A stretch of DNA of 64,000 bases, from sequence record SRR31156797_2750. The stretch is one strand, 5' to 3'. Shown here in pieces: positions 58,969-64,000 of this stretch (the stretch's first letter is position 1; every line of letters starts with the position of its first letter). The notes beneath the pieces were generated by a model. That model was not told where the DNA came from. It worked only from the letters and a program-made list of their open reading frames with translations, and made no database searches. The position numbers were made by a program, and so were the translations under genes.

Positions 58969-59415
58969 TTAGGAAAGCTTGGATTTGACCAGTCCACTGG
59001 CTTTTTTGCCGTCAACTTGCCCTTTGTGTGCGCCGAGAACGGCTTGCATCACCTTGCCCATGTCAGCCATAGAAGAAGCTCCGAGGTCAGCAATAGCCTT
59101 CTCGATAGCAGCTTCCAACTCTTCATCGGACAAAGATTGAGGGAGATACGACTCAAGTGCTGTGAGTTCTTCGGCCTCAATTTTGGCCAAATCATCTCTG
59201 CCTGCCTTGGTGTATTGATCAAAGGAATCCTTGCGTTGCTTGACCTGCTTGGCAATGAGATCAAGAACGACATCGTCGGGAAGACCATCGGACCTTTCTT
59301 CGACCATGCGGTTTTTAATGGCCGTCTTGAGATGTCTCAAGACGGCCACTTTTACCGTCGATTTAGCCTTGTAGGCCTCGATGTAGTCTTTGTCTATTTT
59401 TTTTGACAGACTCAT
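58969..59415 (-). CDS. GatB/YqeY domain protein
   Basis: KQRKDS, GRDDLA, YLPQSLS, DMGKVM, VDGK; follows rpsU. Confidence 0.92.
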   Translation of the reverse strand: MSLSKKIDKDYIEAYKAKSTVKVAVLRHLKTAIKNRMVEERSDGLPDDVVLDLIAKQVKQRKDSFDQYTKAGRDDLAKIEAEELTALESYLPQSLSDEELEAAIEKAIADLGASSMADMGKVMQAVLGAHKGQVDGKKASGLVKSKLS

Positions 59416-59417
59416 GG

Positions 59418-59618
59418 CTACATGTTGCGCATCTTGCGCATTTTTTTAGCAAGCCTTTTCTTAGCGGCAGCTTTCTTTTTCTTCTTCTGCACGCTGGGCT
59501 TTTCGTAGTGCTGACGTTTTTTCAGCTCGGACAAAATCCCGGCCTTCTCTACCTGCTTCTTGAAGCGACGCAGAGAGATGTCGAAATTGTCATTATCGTC
59601 AAAGTAAACACCCGGCAA
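59418..59618 (-). CDS. rpsU: 30S ribosomal protein S21
   Basis: [22 protein letters not shown] start with SD GGAGGTGA. Confidence 0.95.
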   Translation of the reverse strand: MPGVYFDDNDNFDISLRRFKKQVEKAGILSELKKRQHYEKPSVQKKKKKAAAKKRLAKKMRKMRNM

Positions 59619-59743
59619 AGTAAATCACCTCCTCGGTGAACAGCCCGCGCCTTTGGCGGGCAAGCGAAATAAGAGATACTACATATACGTATCAAAATGG
59701 GATTGCAACAGATAAATATAAAAATATCCCACAGGCTCCACAA

Positions 59744-59782
59744 AGACAAAGGCCTGTCGATTTATTCGACAGGCCTTGTTTG
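59744..59782 (-). terminator. Terminator after hup and the small ORF
   Basis: aaggcctgtcga tttat tcgacaggcctt; U-rich tail on the minus strand. Confidence 0.75.
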
Positions 59783-59798
59783 TCATGTAAAATTAATT

Positions 59799-59972
59799 CT
59801 AGTGTTCAGCGTTTTTTGCGTCACGCAAGGATTGCAAAACGGTGACTGCCAGTGCAACACCGAGAACGCCAAGAACAACATAGAGGACACCAAAAAAAAC
59901 AAAATGGTCTGGCATCCACCAGGGAAGGTCCTGGAAAAGAGGGCTATGAACGGTTTCACCATGTATCATCAT
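59799..59972 (-). CDS. Small single-TM membrane protein (57 aa), not in the ORF track
   Basis: MMIHGETVHSPLFQDLPWWMPDHFVFFGVLYVVLGVLGVALAVTVLQSLRDAKNAEH*; SD GGAG; lies between the hup stop and the terminator. Confidence 0.8.
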   Translation of the reverse strand: MMIHGETVHSPLFQDLPWWMPDHFVFFGVLYVVLGVLGVALAVTVLQSLRDAKNAEH

Positions 59973-59987
59973 AGGATTGTCTCCAAA

Positions 59988-60260
59988 TTATTTAACGGCG
60001 TCCTTGAGGATCTTGCCGGGACGGAATTTGACGACCTTGGTGGCCGGGATCTTGATTTCGGCGCCAGTGCGGGGATTACGGCCAACACGAGCTTTACGTT
60101 CTTCAACAACGAAGGTGCCAAAACCAGTCAGGGTCAGCTTGCCATCTTTGACCAGAGTACCTTCGACGGTATCCAGAAAAGCATTCAGAGCACGCTCTGC
60201 ATTTGCTTTAGTCAGGTTGGCTTTCTCCGCAATTTTGACAACCAATTCAGCCTTTGTCAT
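59988..60260 (-). CDS. hup: HU family DNA-binding protein
   Basis: MTKAELV, GFGTF, RVGRNPRTG, KFRPGK. Confidence 0.96.
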   Translation of the reverse strand: MTKAELVVKIAEKANLTKANAERALNAFLDTVEGTLVKDGKLTLTGFGTFVVEERKARVGRNPRTGAEIKIPATKVVKFRPGKILKDAVK

Positions 60261-60534
60261 CAGTCCTTCCTCCTCAATGAAATAATTCCTTTACGTATCT
60301 GGGTAAAAGTACGGGCAGAGATGAAACTGCGCTCGCACCTTGTTTCCTTCAACAACTCACCCCTCGCCTTTAAATGAACTTTTGGCCTGTGTCCAGTCCG
60401 GTCGTTCAAATATTGCGAAAAAACCCATGCCCTACCAAGGTTTCGGGTGTTTTTAAACTCAGTGAATTTAATCAGAAACAGTATTTTCCCTCTCAAGTCA
60501 ATAGAGAACGGCCTTTTTGTTGTGAAAAAATGAA

Positions 60535-61317
60535 CTAAAGTCGTTTTGACAGGCTGGAAAACTGTTTTGGAGTTAAGTTTTCCGGACGAACCTTTGGACT
60601 TACCCCTTCTGATTCAAACCACTCTTCAATTGAATCATTCCATCGTTTTTTCAATATGGTTGAAATCTGCTTTCTTCGTTGTTGAAAGAGAAGTTTGATC
60701 AATTCAGACAATTTTTTCGGATCAGAGGGCCATTGCTCAATAGGGAGCGGATCAAATCGAACGACAGCCGAATCAATTTTAGGTTGAGGTCTAAAGACGG
60801 TGGGCGGGACTTTAAACAAATACGTCGTTGTGCAAAAATTCTGCACCCACGCCGTCAGGCCGCCGAAGGCCTTGGTCCCCGGTTGTGCCGTCAATCGATT
60901 TGCAACTTCGTGCTGAACCATAAAGACAGCCTTTTGTAGAGTATTTACCTTGCTGACAATGTCCCAAATCAATTTTGAACCCACATTGTATGGTAAATTG
61001 CCAATGATTTTACATGGGCCTTCATTCAATGATTCCCAAGGGAACTTAAGCGCATCCGTTTTGATGACTTCCAGGTTTGCCCATCTTTCATCAAGACGTT
61101 GAGCCAATTCATCGTCCATTTCCAGAGCAACAATTTTGTGCGCATCAGTTTCCATAAGGAATTCTGTCAAAGCGCCCCGCCCTGGTCCAATTTCTATAAT
61201 ATAGTCGTTTTCTGTCGGAACAATGGCATCTACAATTTTTCGGCAGATATTTTGATCTTTAAGAAAATTTTGGCCCAAGCTTTTCTTGGCCCTGTGCTTT
61301 GGTCGTTCGTCAGACAT
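60535..61317 (-). CDS. rsmA: 16S rRNA dimethyladenosine transferase
   Basis: KKSLGQNFL, EIGPGRG, GNLPYN, FRPQPKIDS. Confidence 0.95.
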   Translation of the reverse strand: MSDERPKHRAKKSLGQNFLKDQNICRKIVDAIVPTENDYIIEIGPGRGALTEFLMETDAHKIVALEMDDELAQRLDERWANLEVIKTDALKFPWESLNEGPCKIIGNLPYNVGSKLIWDIVSKVNTLQKAVFMVQHEVANRLTAQPGTKAFGGLTAWVQNFCTTTYLFKVPPTVFRPQPKIDSAVVRFDPLPIEQWPSDPKKLSELIKLLFQQRRKQISTILKKRWNDSIEEWFESEGVSPKVRPENLTPKQFSSLSKRL

Positions 61318-61430
61318 ATCTTTTCTCCGTGTGCCATGGATAGCTGAACACCATTTATCTGGCAACATCATTGACACCATATAAATTCAAAACGTATGAG
61401 TCTTTGTTATCTATTTTTTAGGAGGATTTT

Positions 61431-61949
61431 ATGAATTTACGCCACTATGTGAGAGACATTCCCGATTATCCCAAAAAAGGTATCACCTTTTACGATATAA
61501 CTCCGATTCTCAGCAGTCCCGAAGCATTTAAATATGTCATGGACCAGCTTTATGAAAAGTATAAGGATTGTGGGGCTGAAAAGATCGTGGCAGCCGATGC
61601 TCGTGGTTTTATTTTTGGCGCACCCTTGGCTTTGAGAATGGGGATTCCATTTATTCCTGTCCGTAAGCCCGGCAAGCTTCCTTTCAAAAACCGTTGCGTC
61701 ACCTATGACCTTGAATACGGTTCTGACACTTTGTGCATGCACGTTGATGCCGTTGATCAAGGCGACAAAATTCTGATGATTGATGACTTGCTGGCGACAG
61801 GTGGTACTGCAGAAGGCATGGTACAGCTCGTCAAAGAGGCAGGCGGAGAAATTGTCGGCTGTGGTTTTGTCATTCAACTCAGCTTCCTTGATGGCGACAA
61901 GGTCATGAAGGCTGCTGGTGTTAATCACGATTTTCTTATTGAAGTATAG
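61431..61949 (+). CDS. apt: Adenine phosphoribosyltransferase
   Basis: ARGF, RKPGKLP, YDLEYG, IDDLLATGGT. Confidence 0.95.
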   Translation: MNLRHYVRDIPDYPKKGITFYDITPILSSPEAFKYVMDQLYEKYKDCGAEKIVAADARGFIFGAPLALRMGIPFIPVRKPGKLPFKNRCVTYDLEYGSDTLCMHVDAVDQGDKILMIDDLLATGGTAEGMVQLVKEAGGEIVGCGFVIQLSFLDGDKVMKAAGVNHDFLIEV

Positions 61950-61963
61950 TATAAGGACACGTC

Positions 61964-62713
61964 ATGACCAAAATAGGCATCATCGGCGGGAGCGGACTGG
62001 ATAATCCGGACCTCATACAAGATGCACACGATGTTGAAGTAGAGACCTCCTATGGCTCCCCTTCTGCTCCGCTTAAGGTAGGAACAATTGCAGGGAAAGA
62101 AGTTGTTCTGCTTGCACGACATGGTCGGGAACACACAATTCCACCTACTTTCGTAAACTATCGTGCTAACATTCAGGCGCTGAAGAACGCTGGCTGCTCG
62201 TTAATTCTTGCGACAACCGCCTGTGGCTCTTTGCGTGCTGGAATTGACCGTGGACACCTTGTTATTCTTGATCAATTTATTGATTTTACTCGCCGCAGAC
62301 CGGTCTCTTTTTATGAAGAATTTGAACCGCATGGAGCTGTTCATACCGGTATGGCTGACCCCTTTGATAAAACTTTGCGTGGTGTATTCAATCAGGCATG
62401 CGACTCTCTTGATCTCACACACCACAAGACAGGTACTGTCATTACCATTGAAGGTTCTCGATTTTCCACTCGGGCGGAATCCAACATGTTTCGCATGTGG
62501 GGTGCCGATGTAATCAACATGTCTGTCGCACCCGAATGCATACTCGCCAATGAGGCCGGTGTTCCTTATGCCGCAGTAGCCATGTCCACTGATTACGATT
62601 GTTGGAAGACTGATGAAGCCCCTGTGACTTGGGAAGAAATCCTTGAAGTTTTTCAGGGAAATGTGGAAAAAGTTACTTCTTTGCTTGTCGAAGTTATTAA
62701 AAATATAGATTGA
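61964..62713 (+). CDS. mtnP: S-methyl-5'-thioadenosine phosphorylase
   Basis: GIIGGSG, RHGREH, NYRANI, EGSRFSTRAES, STDYDCW. Confidence 0.9.
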   Translation: MTKIGIIGGSGLDNPDLIQDAHDVEVETSYGSPSAPLKVGTIAGKEVVLLARHGREHTIPPTFVNYRANIQALKNAGCSLILATTACGSLRAGIDRGHLVILDQFIDFTRRRPVSFYEEFEPHGAVHTGMADPFDKTLRGVFNQACDSLDLTHHKTGTVITIEGSRFSTRAESNMFRMWGADVINMSVAPECILANEAGVPYAAVAMSTDYDCWKTDEAPVTWEEILEVFQGNVEKVTSLLVEVIKNID

Positions 62714-62718
62714 TTTTA

Positions 62719-64000
62719 ATGAATACGAATCAAACCACTGTATCCGTTCCAACCAAATGTGATCTGCTTGTTCGAGCAGATGTAGTTGTTACACAGGATG
62801 CGGACCGTCGGGTTATTACTGGTGCCGGCGTAGCTGTCACCGATGGCCTTGTCGTAGAAGTCGCTGAATATAATGAACTTGAAGCCAAATTCCAACCGAC
62901 TCAACGATTGGATATGTCTGGCAAAATGCTTATGCCTGGACTTGTCAACGGACATACGCATTTACCCATGACGCTTTTTCGCGGTTATGCCGATGATCTA
63001 CCACTCATGGAATGGCTTGAAGATCATATCTGGCCCGTGGAATTCCAATTAACCGATGAAATTCTCACCATCGGAGCAGACATTGGTTGTTGTGAGCTAA
63101 TCAAGACTGGCTGCACCGCTTTCCTTAATGGCTATTTTCACGAGTATGTCACTGGTGACGCGGCCAATGCAGCCGGTTTGCGAGCGGTTTTAGGCGAAGG
63201 TTTCTTTCATTTCCCTTCACCGCATTTCCCCACGGCCAATGATTGCTGGGATACAATACGCACCTTGAATGCCCGCTATGATAAAAATCCCCGCATACGA
63301 ACGGCAGTCACCCCACATGCCGCGTTCACCGTTAACCCAGATGAATTACAGGCCAGCTTTGAACTGGCGATTGACCTGGACATTCCGTGGCAGGTGCATC
63401 TGGCTGAATCTTCTGTAGAAACATCTGTCTGTCTGGAGAAGCATGGTAAGCGCCCTGTGGAACTCCTCCGCTCTCTTGGCTTGTTGACATCAAGAACCAC
63501 CCTTCATCATTGTGTTGATGTAACGGATGATGAGATCGCGCTTCTTGCTGATAATGACGTGAATGTCGTTCATAATCCGGCTTCCAATCTCAAATTGTGT
63601 TCAGGCCTTTCGCCGGTACAAAAGATGGTGGATGCAGGAGTGACGGTTGGCTTGGGAACTGATGGGGCTTCAAGTAATAATCAATTGAATATGTTTCGTG
63701 ATATGGCTTTGGCGGCTTTGATAGGCAAAGTCCGTCATGAGGATGCTTCGGCAGTAAACGCACAAACCGCTCTTGATATGGCAACTATCAATTCAGCCCG
63801 TTGTCTCGGTTGGCCTGAACTTGGACGTATCGAAGAGGGGTGCCCGGCGGACATGATTGCACTTGATCTAGGCAGTCCAAATCTTATGCCAATGTTCTCG
63901 CCTGTCTCTCATGCCGTATATGCGGCAACAGGCATGGAAGTGTGCATGACCATGGTCGCTGGGAAAATTCTCTATCTTTATGGAGATTTCAGAACTATCG
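62719..64000 (+). CDS. mtaD: Amidohydrolase, MTA/SAH/5'-deoxyadenosine deaminase type, partial (continues past window end)
   Basis: Hand translation: PGLVNGHTHLPMTLFRGYADDLPLMEWL..IWP, PHA, HLAES, HNPASNLKL, LGTDGASSNN. Confidence 0.8.
   Translation, partial: MNTNQTTVSVPTKCDLLVRADVVVTQDADRRVITGAGVAVTDGLVVEVAEYNELEAKFQPTQRLDMSGKMLMPGLVNGHTHLPMTLFRGYADDLPLMEWLEDHIWPVEFQLTDEILTIGADIGCCELIKTGCTAFLNGYFHEYVTGDAANAAGLRAVLGEGFFHFPSPHFPTANDCWDTIRTLNARYDKNPRIRTAVTPHAAFTVNPDELQASFELAIDLDIPWQVHLAESSVETSVCLEKHGKRPVELLRSLGLLTSRTTLHHCVDVTDDEIALLADNDVNVVHNPASNLKLCSGLSPVQKMVDAGVTVGLGTDGASSNNQLNMFRDMALAALIGKVRHEDASAVNAQTALDMATINSARCLGWPELGRIEEGCPADMIALDLGSPNLMPMFSPVSHAVYAATGMEVCMTMVAGKILYLYGDFRTI

Noticed and set aside
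59697-60377. 226-aa ORF on the + strand
   Set aside because: Antisense to hup and the 57-aa ORF; no protein-like motifs.
1-64000. CRISPR arrays, IS elements, tRNA or rRNA genes
   Set aside because: No regularly spaced direct repeats, transposase ORFs or tRNA/rRNA signatures seen by eye; intergenic gaps are short and mostly explained.

Overview
Core-genome chromosomal segment, most likely from a sulfate-reducing Desulfovibrionaceae bacterium (inferred from gene content, e.g. the metal-binding adenylate kinase LID). It holds about 55 CDSs, mostly housekeeping: dapL-folK, xerD, mutS, lysA, hemA, secDF, dut-argD, fliM, ndk-proC, rpsU-mutS2-dnaG-rpoD, hup and apt-mtnP-mtaD. I saw no mobile element, CRISPR array, rRNA or tRNA. 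The main find lies outside the ORF track: a complete ribosome-dependent phenylalanine attenuator at 37138-37328. It has a 29-aa leader peptide with 8 Phe codons and mutually exclusive antiterminator and terminator hairpins, and it controls a small accessory protein plus a sodium:solute symporter. Other highlights: an MFS transporter fused to an ApbE flavin transferase; the chromosomal dif site (5889-5916) near xerD; a folK lacking any canonical start codon; a split archaeal-type glutamate synthase operon with its own ferredoxin and flavoprotein; a nested RNA structure between yajC and secD; and an unannotated 57-aa membrane protein after hup. All calls come from reading the sequence and recognising motifs; no searches were run.
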